Below are positions 16,287 to 23,767 of a DNA stretch of 25,037 nt, piece after piece. The notes below the pieces were generated by a model. The model did no database searches. It was not told where the DNA came from and saw nothing but the letters and a program-made list of their open reading frames with translations. A program made the position numbers and the translations under genes. This DNA is from a virus (Duplodnaviria; Caudoviricetes), in IMG/VR virus record IMGVR_UViG_3300037558_000312, positions 1-25,037 of that record, one strand, 5' to 3'. Each line of letters begins with the position of its first letter. Within the stretch, counting starts at the first letter, position 1.

Positions 16287-17307
16287 GTATTTTAATTTTT
16301 GTTGCATTTGTTTCTGTGCTTTCTAGCACACTCTTAACCGTAAATAATCTTCCATATCTTATTACTGCATCACTGGCATCTTTAATATCTTTTTCCCAAG
16401 GAGGAAAACTTACTGCCCAGCCTCGTTTTACTGCTACATTTACAGTATCCATGCCACTGTTATCAAAGTCTGGCAATAACACTATTTGTTTATCCAAATC
16501 TTCAATAATTTTACATTGTGTACTGTTTGGAGTGTTTCCAGCTAGTGCAACTCCTCCCATTTGTAATGCATCCAACTGTCCTTCTGTTACAACAACTGTA
16601 TCATGTGTTTCCTGTGCAACTAAGTTGTATACAAAATTCTTAGGCATATTATTGTAGTACTTGGGCATTGCTTCAGGTCTATTCTCAGGACACCATCTTG
16701 CTGTGTAACCAACAATTTTTCTTGTTGGGCCTTGTCTACCCCAGTCTTTATAATAAAATGGAAGTATAACTCTATTTGCAAAATGCATGTGTGGTGACCA
16801 ATGCCAGTCCTCACAAAAGTCTAGTCCTCTTTTCATAACATATGTACATGCTAGTGCTAGTTTTTCTAATTGTTTCTTGTCCAACTGATCTATAGGATAT
16901 TCACCAATACGATAACTGTTTGGAGGAAGTTCAACCGCGGGCCAATCTATTTTTATTTTTTCTTCTACTTGTTTTTCTATATACTGTCCAGCAATATTAC
17001 CTGCTTCTTGCTCTCGCAAAAGTTCAAAGTTAATGCGTTGTATGTCACTTTCATCTGTACCAAATACTTTAAGTAAATCTGCTAGCTTTCCAGCTATACG
17101 TCTACCATCTCTCCAACCAGTTTTAAATCCACAGTTAAAACAGTTGTATTGAAATTGGTCATCGTGGAACATTATGCCTCCACGTTTGCGTTTATCTGGG
17201 CTATGCCCGCGAGTAGCACACATTGGACAGTTACCACTAACCCAACCGCTAGGAGTTTGCTTCCAACCACCAGGCATTTGCTGACGAATAAAGTCTAATA
17301 CTATCAT
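16264..17307 (-). CDS. DNA primase (T4 gp61/DnaG-like)
   Basis: Zn ribbon CPMC...CFNC; TOPRIM VTEGQLDA, PDFD, KDASD. Confidence 0.92.
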   Translation of the reverse strand: MIVLDFIRQQMPGGWKQTPSGWVSGNCPMCATRGHSPDKRKRGGIMFHDDQFQYNCFNCGFKTGWRDGRRIAGKLADLLKVFGTDESDIQRINFELLREQEAGNIAGQYIEKQVEEKIKIDWPAVELPPNSYRIGEYPIDQLDKKQLEKLALACTYVMKRGLDFCEDWHWSPHMHFANRVILPFYYKDWGRQGPTRKIVGYTARWCPENRPEAMPKYYNNMPKNFVYNLVAQETHDTVVVTEGQLDALQMGGVALAGNTPNSTQCKIIEDLDKQIVLLPDFDNSGMDTVNVAVKRGWAVSFPPWEKDIKDASDAVIRYGRLFTVKSVLESTETNATKIKILAKTRCR

Positions 17308-17313
17308 GTTTTA

Positions 17314-17342
17314 ATATTAACTTCTATAAACGACTTTGTCAA
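17314..17342 (-). promoter_or_regulatory. Sigma70-type promoter for the primase gene
   Basis: TTGACA(17342-17337), 17-nt spacer, TAATAT(17319-17314), then 6 nt to ATG. Confidence 0.75.
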
Positions 17343-18093
17343 GTGTTCCTGTATTAGCTGGATCAGGTGTATGTACAAATCTAACATAAGTGTACATACC
17401 AATAAATGTATGATAATCAACTGCGGTACTAGCACTAATTGTATAGCTTTGCCCTGAGATATCAAAAAAGTCAGCGTCACTGGGTTGTAAACTCAGTGTA
17501 CCTTGCATTTTGTATACACCTGTATAGTTTGTATAATGTACTTGTATAGTGTTTAATCCACTTTTACTATTGTTAAGCACAGGGCCTTCAAATCTACCAC
17601 TAAAACGATCATCACCATTTGGAGTAAAACTACTGTCTGTTTCACTAGGTCTAGGTCCAGGTATATTGCCTTCTTTAACATCTATTGCAAAAGTAATTCT
17701 ACTGTTCTGATCACTATTAACCGCATAGCTACCATTTTGGTTTGCTACCTTGTATGTAATTACCATATCATAGAGTTTGGCATCCAATTGGTCAGTTATA
17801 CTATTATCTAATCTTAATAGCAACTCTCCCTTGTCATAATCTATGGGTTGCAGATTTTTTGTAAAGAGTGTTGTCTTAGCTAATCTATCAATAAGAGTAG
17901 CTGTATAAGTTTTGTTGTGTATTGACTGAGGTTTTCTATCAGTATCTTTAGCAAAAAATTCTATATCAATGTTAAGTCCTTTATAGACTACTAAATTTCT
18001 TGCATGTGTAGGGCCATAGTAAGTAGTTCCCGTTCTAGTTGGTACTAAAATCTCTGCTCTTTGGTTATATTGGTATATTGACGTACTGCTCAT
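17317..18093 (-). CDS. Virion/baseplate protein with BppU-N-like Ig domain (start re-called to MSSTSIY)
   Basis: VYKG...IEF..KD.DRKPQSI.N.T...G.LLL.L..S.T..L....Y pattern; AATAAATA box at 18114-18121 and AAGGA upstream. Confidence 0.55.
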   Translation of the reverse strand: MSSTSIYQYNQRAEILVPTRTGTTYYGPTHARNLVVYKGLNIDIEFFAKDTDRKPQSIHNKTYTATLIDRLAKTTLFTKNLQPIDYDKGELLLRLDNSITDQLDAKLYDMVITYKVANQNGSYAVNSDQNSRITFAIDVKEGNIPGPRPSETDSSFTPNGDDRFSGRFEGPVLNNSKSGLNTIQVHYTNYTGVYKMQGTLSLQPSDADFFDISGQSYTISASTAVDYHTFIGMYTYVRFVHTPDPANTGTLDKVVYRS

Positions 18094-18113
18094 AATGTTC
18101 AAATCCTTACTAG

Positions 18114-18131
18114 TATTTATTAGACTAAGTA
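18114..18131. promoter_or_regulatory. Divergent late-type boxes AATAAATA (-, 18114-18121) and ACTAAGTA (+, 18124-18131)
   Basis: Lie between divergent genes; the + box is 5 nt before ATG 18137. Confidence 0.55.
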
Positions 18132-18136
18132 CTACG

Positions 18137-18517
18137 ATGACAAACATTCCTAAGAAATATCAAGAGCTATTAGACCAGTTTCCATTCTTAACATTAATCT
18201 TGTATGGTGGTAACGAATATGTTGGTATCATACAGAATATGGATAACAACTTAGCTAGTATGTATAACTTTAACAGTATTAAAGATAGTACAGACAAAAA
18301 ACAATTTTTAGAACTTGGAGAAGAATGGTGGTGGGGTACCAATAGAATGATACCTATCAATATTATTTTTAAAACAAGTTTTGAGAAATATAGAACTTGT
18401 CTACTTACTTTTAGTATTAAAGATTTTCAAGTATTACATGGTCCAACTATTAGCTTAAACAATATTATACAAAAAAGAGTTAAGCGGAGAAATATCCAAC
18501 TAGTTCGCAGACTGTAA
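18137..18517 (+). CDS. Hypothetical phage protein, the only convincing plus-strand CDS in the window
   Basis: Protein-like composition (FPFLT..YGGNEYVGIIQN, LGEEWWW.TNRMIPINI); fills the gap between minus-strand genes; own late-type box. Confidence 0.8.
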   Translation: MTNIPKKYQELLDQFPFLTLILYGGNEYVGIIQNMDNNLASMYNFNSIKDSTDKKQFLELGEEWWWGTNRMIPINIIFKTSFEKYRTCLLTFSIKDFQVLHGPTISLNNIIQKRVKRRNIQLVRRL

Positions 18518-19078
18518 TTGTTCACATAGTAAATTCATGTGTATAACTACAACCATTGCGTAACTAATTGCATGGGCTTTCTTAAAGTAGTAAGCCTTAT
18601 TGTCTCTTATTGGTTTTACCCAAACTTCTTTCATTATCGTTGGCCACCCTTTGTCTTGTAGATGACGTTTGGCTGGTCTGATGATCGCTAGTGTCGCCGC
18701 TAATTGTTCTACCGACTGCGGCTTCAATCGTTTCAACAGACCGTCGTGTCCTGACACATGAAAGACTTTTTCTACGAAGTCTTCGTGGGTTAACAACTCC
18801 CATATTGGTTCCCTTTCCATTAATTCTGCGAGATGATCGTCATCTCTAATATCTTTGTATATGCTAACGTTCAACAAATCTAATTTAAAAAATTCGTGTT
18901 CGTCAGCTTCTGTGTGTTCAACAGTACAAATGTTGGTAAAAGGATTGCTTGGTACCCTGTGAAAATATACACCTGTATTATGCTTGCGTTGCTTTAACTT
19001 AGCTGGCGTATGTTTGAACAATTCTAATGCTTGTGCTCTATCTGCAAAATCTATATCAATATCCGGTAAACTAGACAT
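18500..19078 (-). CDS. Miniature DNA polymerase III alpha (DnaE) catalytic core, 192 aa
   Basis: PDIDIDF, KHNTGVY, FKLDLLN, LAIIRPA, YFKKAHAISY in DnaE order; GAGG RBS before ATG 19078. Confidence 0.85.
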   Translation of the reverse strand: MSSLPDIDIDFADRAQALELFKHTPAKLKQRKHNTGVYFHRVPSNPFTNICTVEHTEADEHEFFKLDLLNVSIYKDIRDDDHLAELMEREPIWELLTHEDFVEKVFHVSGHDGLLKRLKPQSVEQLAATLAIIRPAKRHLQDKGWPTIMKEVWVKPIRDNKAYYFKKAHAISYAMVVVIHMNLLCEQLQSAN

Positions 19079-19688
19079 CCTCTGTTCCTTGTTGTTCTTT
19101 GTAGTATGTAGAATGAAAGTTAAATGAAATACTAACTCGTTCTTCATCTGTGTTATTTGCTTCGACGCTGTGCCTTACCCAACTTGGAAATACAATTAGT
19201 TTACCTGTTTCACTTGGATAATGCCAAGTTACTGCATTAAAATGATTATAACCATTCCGCTGTGGAGGCAAATAGTGTTCTGCTCCGTCAGTACGTTCAA
19301 TTGAAAATCCTCCCATTTCAGGACTACAGTAAGGATAGTATACTCCGCTTAACAACGAGCCTGGATGACAATGTGGATAATTATACGCTCCTTTGCCATT
19401 TATAATATACCAAATGTTACCTAATTCAACTCCCCCAAGTTGCGTATTCTTTGCACAATCATCAACGTGTTCTGTAATTGTGTTTACAAGATGTATAAAT
19501 GCCTGATTATCACTGCCTGCTATTTCCTGACTATGGTATCCATTACGATTACTTCTAAACAATCCATCTTCGTCTTGTTCTCTAAAACTATTGCCGTATT
19601 TTACTAGTTCCTCGTTATCAATACCTTCTAGCGTTACATTCCAAATAATGCTAGGAAACCACATATCCATATGCATCTTATTTTCCAT
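19071..19688 (-). CDS. 2OG-Fe(II) oxygenase (TIGR02466-like)
   Basis: HCHPGSLLSGVYY, FPSWVRHSV, RVSISFN. Confidence 0.88.
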   Translation of the reverse strand: MENKMHMDMWFPSIIWNVTLEGIDNEELVKYGNSFREQDEDGLFRSNRNGYHSQEIAGSDNQAFIHLVNTITEHVDDCAKNTQLGGVELGNIWYIINGKGAYNYPHCHPGSLLSGVYYPYCSPEMGGFSIERTDGAEHYLPPQRNGYNHFNAVTWHYPSETGKLIVFPSWVRHSVEANNTDEERVSISFNFHSTYYKEQQGTEDV

Positions 19689-20382
19689 CTATCATCTCCT
19701 CTACAAAATTTGCATCATGTGGATTTAGCTGTCTTTTCTTACCCCAATAGTCAGCATCAATACAATTTGCAATTCTAGTCATACATTCAGCTGGCATTGT
19801 TTCTAATGCAGTTTGTGCCCTGTTACTACTAATAAGTAGCCATGGACTAATCTTTCCCATTTCAACCCAATCAGCAATTAAGTATCCACTGGCACTTTCC
19901 CAAAATGTTTCAAAGTATTCTGTTGCACTTGCGTGTTCTACAAAACGTTCCAATGCACGTTCTACACTTTCACGTTTACAATGATCTTGTACAAACAACA
20001 AATACATTTTATCAGTGGGCCAATCTTTTAGTTTGGCTTTGTTCTTAATAAGCCAACGTGTAAACTGTTCTTGGTCAATAACTTTGGTGTTCAAACAATA
20101 TGAACCAAACTTTACAAAAGCTGTATAATATTGACTGTCTACAAAGTCTTTATATTCTTTGGGTTTACTTTGCATTTCAATTCTATAAAACAAATCATAA
20201 CTAGCAAATCCAACCAAGACATCTTGGCTATCTTTGTTTTGCCAACGTCTTTTCTTTTCACAACTATGCGCCAATAGAGTGCTTTCTCTTTGAAAACTCT
20301 TCTTGCAATATTCACATTTAAAAGTGTTTTTGCTCAATTGAACGCTTCCTACTGCACTTAGCACTTGCTGTACTGTTGTCAT
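19678..20382 (-). CDS. Hypothetical protein with N-terminal C2H-type zinc finger
   Basis: FKCEYCKKSFQRESTLLAHSC. Confidence 0.75.
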   Translation of the reverse strand: MTTVQQVLSAVGSVQLSKNTFKCEYCKKSFQRESTLLAHSCEKKRRWQNKDSQDVLVGFASYDLFYRIEMQSKPKEYKDFVDSQYYTAFVKFGSYCLNTKVIDQEQFTRWLIKNKAKLKDWPTDKMYLLFVQDHCKRESVERALERFVEHASATEYFETFWESASGYLIADWVEMGKISPWLLISSNRAQTALETMPAECMTRIANCIDADYWGKKRQLNPHDANFVEEMIDGK

Positions 20383-20546
20383 TTGAACTTTTTATCCACA
20401 GCTTTTTTACCCACATACAAAATTGCTATCACAAATACTATAACAGTTAGTACCAATGATTCCATAGCTAGGTCTCCTTGACTAGCATCAATTTCAATAC
20501 CTTTTTCAGATATTGCAATTCTACAATTTTCGCATTGTTCATTCAT
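20379..20546 (-). CDS. Small membrane protein, 55 aa (MNEQCENCRIAISEKGIEIDASQGDLAMESLVLTVIVFVIAILYVGKKAVDKKFK)
   Basis: Read manually; ATGA overlaps at both ends; one TM helix followed by a basic tail. Confidence 0.7.
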   Translation of the reverse strand: MNEQCENCRIAISEKGIEIDASQGDLAMESLVLTVIVFVIAILYVGKKAVDKKFK

Positions 20547-21013
20547 TTTTTAAATAACTCTTTGATATGTTTTTTGTCCATACCCATTTCTTCTGCTAGG
20601 TCTTTAAAATTTTGGACATCATTTGTACTTACCAATAATTCTAGTTCGTCGTCATTATAAGTTGGATAAAGTTCTTGTAACCATTTGAGTAGTTTGCCTT
20701 GTTTACCTTTTTTCTGTTTGCTAGGAGGTATCCAAGGATGAAACTGACTAGTACCTAACCCAATACACTGTAACAACTTGTGTTGTAGTTGAGGCTCATG
20801 TCTTAAGATGTTATAGTGTTTGTTTACAAGCTCATTGGTTAGAGCCAAATAATGATACTCAATGTCAGAATTCTTAGACTCTACTGCACTGGTATAACGC
20901 ATTAGTATCCAAATGCCTATCTTCTTTTGTTCTTCTTCAGTCAAGCTATCCCACCAACCGCTATCACGTTGGTCTATTGCTCTCATCTCTTCTTTGATAC
21001 TAAGTTTATTCAT
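20543..21013 (-). CDS. Clamp-loader small subunit-like protein (T4 gp62-like); start re-called to MNKLSIKEEM
   Basis: Q..LL.......FHPW....K......L.E.Y resembles the gp62 C-terminal pattern; AGGA RBS. Confidence 0.55.
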   Translation of the reverse strand: MNKLSIKEEMRAIDQRDSGWWDSLTEEEQKKIGIWILMRYTSAVESKNSDIEYHYLALTNELVNKHYNILRHEPQLQHKLLQCIGLGTSQFHPWIPPSKQKKGKQGKLLKWLQELYPTYNDDELELLVSTNDVQNFKDLAEEMGMDKKHIKELFKK

Positions 21014-21209
21014 TATTCCTATCCGGATCACCATAAGGCATACGTTTAAATATTTCAGTAACATATTCCATTCTTAGATCTTCTGCTATTTTAGCAGTAA
21101 ATCCAAAGTGTTCTACCAATGGTGTAATGTAATCAATGTTTTTGTTTTTATCTATTCGTTTTACTGAATCCATAAAATCTGATATTTCAGGTGTTAATTC
21201 TACTACCAT
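21006..21209 (-). CDS. Hypothetical protein
   Basis: 67-aa ORF tiling the operon with short overlaps. Confidence 0.65.
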   Translation of the reverse strand: MVVELTPEISDFMDSVKRIDKNKNIDYITPLVEHFGFTAKIAEDLRMEYVTEIFKRMPYGDPDRNNE

Positions 21210-21412
21210 AATTCTAATACCCTTCCGTTACCTACTATTATAAAGCCACATGTACAAATATGCAAGACAATCCAGAAGGTTCTAAATAATAATGCTTTGT
21301 GTACATCACTTTGGGTAATAGGCAAAAACTCTGGCTTGTCGTCATCATCGAGCCCAACAGGCATGCCCACTGTTCTCGCCCACAATTTAAGCCATCGTCT
21401 TTGCCCTCTCAT
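21203..21412 (-). CDS. Small membrane protein
   Basis: W.LWARTVG...DD...A.L.RT.W..L...TC.FII.GN pattern; hydrophobic C-terminal half. Confidence 0.7.
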   Translation of the reverse strand: MRGQRRWLKLWARTVGMPVGLDDDDKPEFLPITQSDVHKALLFRTFWIVLHICTCGFIIVGNGRVLELW

Positions 21413-21588
21413 TACATTGCGTTCTTACGTTCTTGAATTTCAGCACGTCGACTTTTTGTCAACTTACCTAAGTCTCCTAATGCTCCACGAGCACGGGTTG
21501 CGGCAGTTTTAGTACTTTTGCCTTCCCATGTTTCGTGCTCTTTAAGATATGTTTCGTATGCTTGTACGATTTGTTCATGTAATGTCAT
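21412..21588 (-). CDS. Histone H1-like (Hc1-family) small basic protein, 58 aa
   Basis: Read manually: MTLHEQIVQAYETYLKEHETWEGKSTKTAATRARGALGDLGKLTKSRRAEIQERKNAM; strong AAGGAG RBS; K.AA.RAR.AL..L.KL....R motif. Confidence 0.75.
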   Translation of the reverse strand: MTLHEQIVQAYETYLKEHETWEGKSTKTAATRARGALGDLGKLTKSRRAEIQERKNAM

Positions 21589-21602
21589 TTAATTCTCCTT
21601 TA

Positions 21603-22106
21603 TTACCATAAATCCTCTGTACTCAGTACATCGGGAATCTTGTTTGTTTCCTTAACAAAATATATGCACGGACTATCTTTTGTTTCTAATAACGGCACTG
21701 CTAATATATGTCCAAACTTTAGTTTAGGAAAGTACCATTTTACTTCTTGATATATGTTTACTATTTCTATTTCTGCAAATGTTGGAAGAAATCCTGTCAA
21801 CGGATTAAAAATAAATGCTTTAAAACCTCTATCATTTAAACTTGTTATAGGTAATACTTCTGGATCTCCTATACTAGGATCACATACAATTAAACTCCAA
21901 TCCAATGGTACTTTTACTTGTAGTTGACCAACTTGTAGTACAGCCGCAGGACTATTAAAACTTTCTAAGAACACCAACGGAACAAAAATATAATCGGCTT
22001 CCTTAGGGTTGCTATAATCTAAAACACAGTATCGTATATCTTCTATTTCTTCAGGAACAAAATCTAAGTCATATGATTCGTTCTCTACTGTTAATATTTT
22101 TGTCAT
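21603..22106 (-). CDS. Hypothetical beta-rich protein, possible degenerate Hint fold
   Basis: ATGA-type overlap with the helicase gene; Hint-like spacing of blocks but no catalytic residues. Confidence 0.7.
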   Translation of the reverse strand: MTKILTVENESYDLDFVPEEIEDIRYCVLDYSNPKEADYIFVPLVFLESFNSPAAVLQVGQLQVKVPLDWSLIVCDPSIGDPEVLPITSLNDRGFKAFIFNPLTGFLPTFAEIEIVNIYQEVKWYFPKLKFGHILAVPLLETKDSPCIYFVKETNKIPDVLSTEDLW

Positions 22107-23557
22107 TTATAATTCACCTTTTCAATATGAAAGGGATACTTGGCTTCTCGATAAAATTTCTTTCGCTCAGTCAAATGTCTCTTGCTAAATTTTGCACTAC
22201 TGGTTATATCCCATATTTGTACATGGTCTTTATCCTGTGCTTTTCTTATGCCTCTTCCTATACTTTGTATAACTCTAACAAAACTTTTGCCGGGCTCCAC
22301 AAGGACCAAGTTAAAGATACGGGGAATATTAATTCCCACACTAGCAACTCCGTATGTTGCTACAATAATTTTATTGTTTGTATCGCTAACTTCGTCGTAC
22401 TCTTCTTTTCTGTTTTTACTTTTCATACTACCACTTACAAATACAGTGTCTTCGCCTAAACGTTCTACTAAGCCTTCTCCTGCTTTAATACGGTCCACTA
22501 GTACAAGTGTATTACCTGCTAGTGCCATTTTTTGTATCATCTCAGCCATATAGTCCAGTCTGTCTTTATTAGTTGTAAGATACGTTAGTTCACTTTGATA
22601 GTCTCCGTAACTAACGCTGTCTTGCAGTTGTAGCACATTAACATCACAGTTGGCTAGTACACCCATGTCTTGTAGTTCATGAGCACTCAGACTGTTTACT
22701 ACTTCCCCTAAACTAACTTCTAAACTTAATCGTTCATGGTCTGCTTTGGGTATTGTACCTGTTAGCCCCCAACGAATTGGAATATTAGAGAATGCACCAG
22801 TTAGCAATTTCTTTAATACGTCTGCCTTAGCCTGATGAACTTCGTCTACCATAACACATACAACACCCTCCGCAAAATCGTGTAACCCACTGTCGCTCAG
22901 TCCGTCTCTGAATCTTTTTTCCAAAACATTTAAACTCTGCCAAGTACATATGGTATGAGTTCGCCCCAACTCTTTTCTATCACCGAAATAGACTCCTACA
23001 TCAAGTCCCAAGTTTATATAATCAGCTTCGGTTTGCGTTACCAAATCCTTATTGGGTACTATGACTATCGTTCGACCATAGGGTTCACACTTGTAACTCA
23101 GTGCCGCGGTAATTAGTGTTTTACCTGCACCGGTTGCTATCTCCTGCAAACAATGTGGAGTTTCCAGGAATTGATTTATAACTGCTACTTGATAGTCACG
23201 CAATACTATTGGTTCGCCAGCGGCTGGATGTTTAGGGGGCCACACTCGATCAGAGAACAACGCCTCAGTTACTAAATCAAATTGAAAACTATGTGGTTCT
23301 CTCTCGTCCTCTATATCAATTGAATATCCTTCTTCTTCGAGTACGGGGAGGATAAAAGGTAAACAATTTACAAATGTCATACCACCCATGGTAAAATATC
23401 CTACACATCCATCCCATCTGCCTAACTTGTATGCTGGCACATGAAATGCATAAGGTAAGAAAAACTTGAGTTTCTTTTCAAGTTTACGGCGAGTAGTTAA
23501 AGCCAAGCCTTCAAACTTACAGTTGACTTCATCTTTGAGAATCAGTTTTGTTTTCAT
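22103..23557 (-). CDS. uvsW: SF2 DNA helicase, UvsW-like
   Basis: LRDYQ, ATGAGKT, DEVH, GLTGT, QSIGRGIR. Confidence 0.88.
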   Translation of the reverse strand: MKTKLILKDEVNCKFEGLALTTRRKLEKKLKFFLPYAFHVPAYKLGRWDGCVGYFTMGGMTFVNCLPFILPVLEEEGYSIDIEDEREPHSFQFDLVTEALFSDRVWPPKHPAAGEPIVLRDYQVAVINQFLETPHCLQEIATGAGKTLITAALSYKCEPYGRTIVIVPNKDLVTQTEADYINLGLDVGVYFGDRKELGRTHTICTWQSLNVLEKRFRDGLSDSGLHDFAEGVVCVMVDEVHQAKADVLKKLLTGAFSNIPIRWGLTGTIPKADHERLSLEVSLGEVVNSLSAHELQDMGVLANCDVNVLQLQDSVSYGDYQSELTYLTTNKDRLDYMAEMIQKMALAGNTLVLVDRIKAGEGLVERLGEDTVFVSGSMKSKNRKEEYDEVSDTNNKIIVATYGVASVGINIPRIFNLVLVEPGKSFVRVIQSIGRGIRKAQDKDHVQIWDITSSAKFSKRHLTERKKFYREAKYPFHIEKVNYK

Positions 23558-23563
23558 ATTTTA

Positions 23564-23592
23564 ATTGTATGCTCTAAGTTGACGTTTGTCAA
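23564..23592 (-). promoter_or_regulatory. Sigma70-type promoter for uvsW
   Basis: TTGACA(23592-23587), 17-nt spacer, TACAAT(23569-23564), then 6 nt to ATG. Confidence 0.8.
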
Positions 23593-23759
23593 TAGCTAGG
23601 TAAACTTGCTTTTGATTGAAGATTGTTAGCGTGATTTTCCATTAGTTGCAGTCGATGTTTTAGTTCACCAATCTCTTCTTTAAGTTTTGCAATTTCTTCG
23701 TCTTTTGTTTTTAGTTCTGCTAGCCCTCGGTACCCGTACTCTGTATAACCATCTTCCAT
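23589..23759 (-). CDS. Small coiled-coil protein, 56 aa (MEDGYTEYGYRGLAELKTKDEEIAKLKEEIGELKHRLQLMENHANNLQSKASLPSY)
   Basis: Read manually; heptad pattern; GGGA upstream; fills the gap. Confidence 0.7.
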   Translation of the reverse strand: MEDGYTEYGYRGLAELKTKDEEIAKLKEEIGELKHRLQLMENHANNLQSKASLPSY

Positions 23760-23767
23760 ATCTTTCC

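Noticed and set aside
18597-18803. 68-aa Arg-rich alternative-frame ORF within the mini-DnaE, as a possible frameshifted missing domain
   Set aside because: It has no DnaE-like motifs, and the main frame already holds all motifs continuously
218-22553. Numerous plus-strand ORFs in the track (e.g. 1890-2201, 5131-5562, 6597-6995, 15441-15809, 22073-22553)
   Set aside because: They are antisense shadows of well-supported minus-strand genes, with no RBS or motifs; only 18137-18517 is credible
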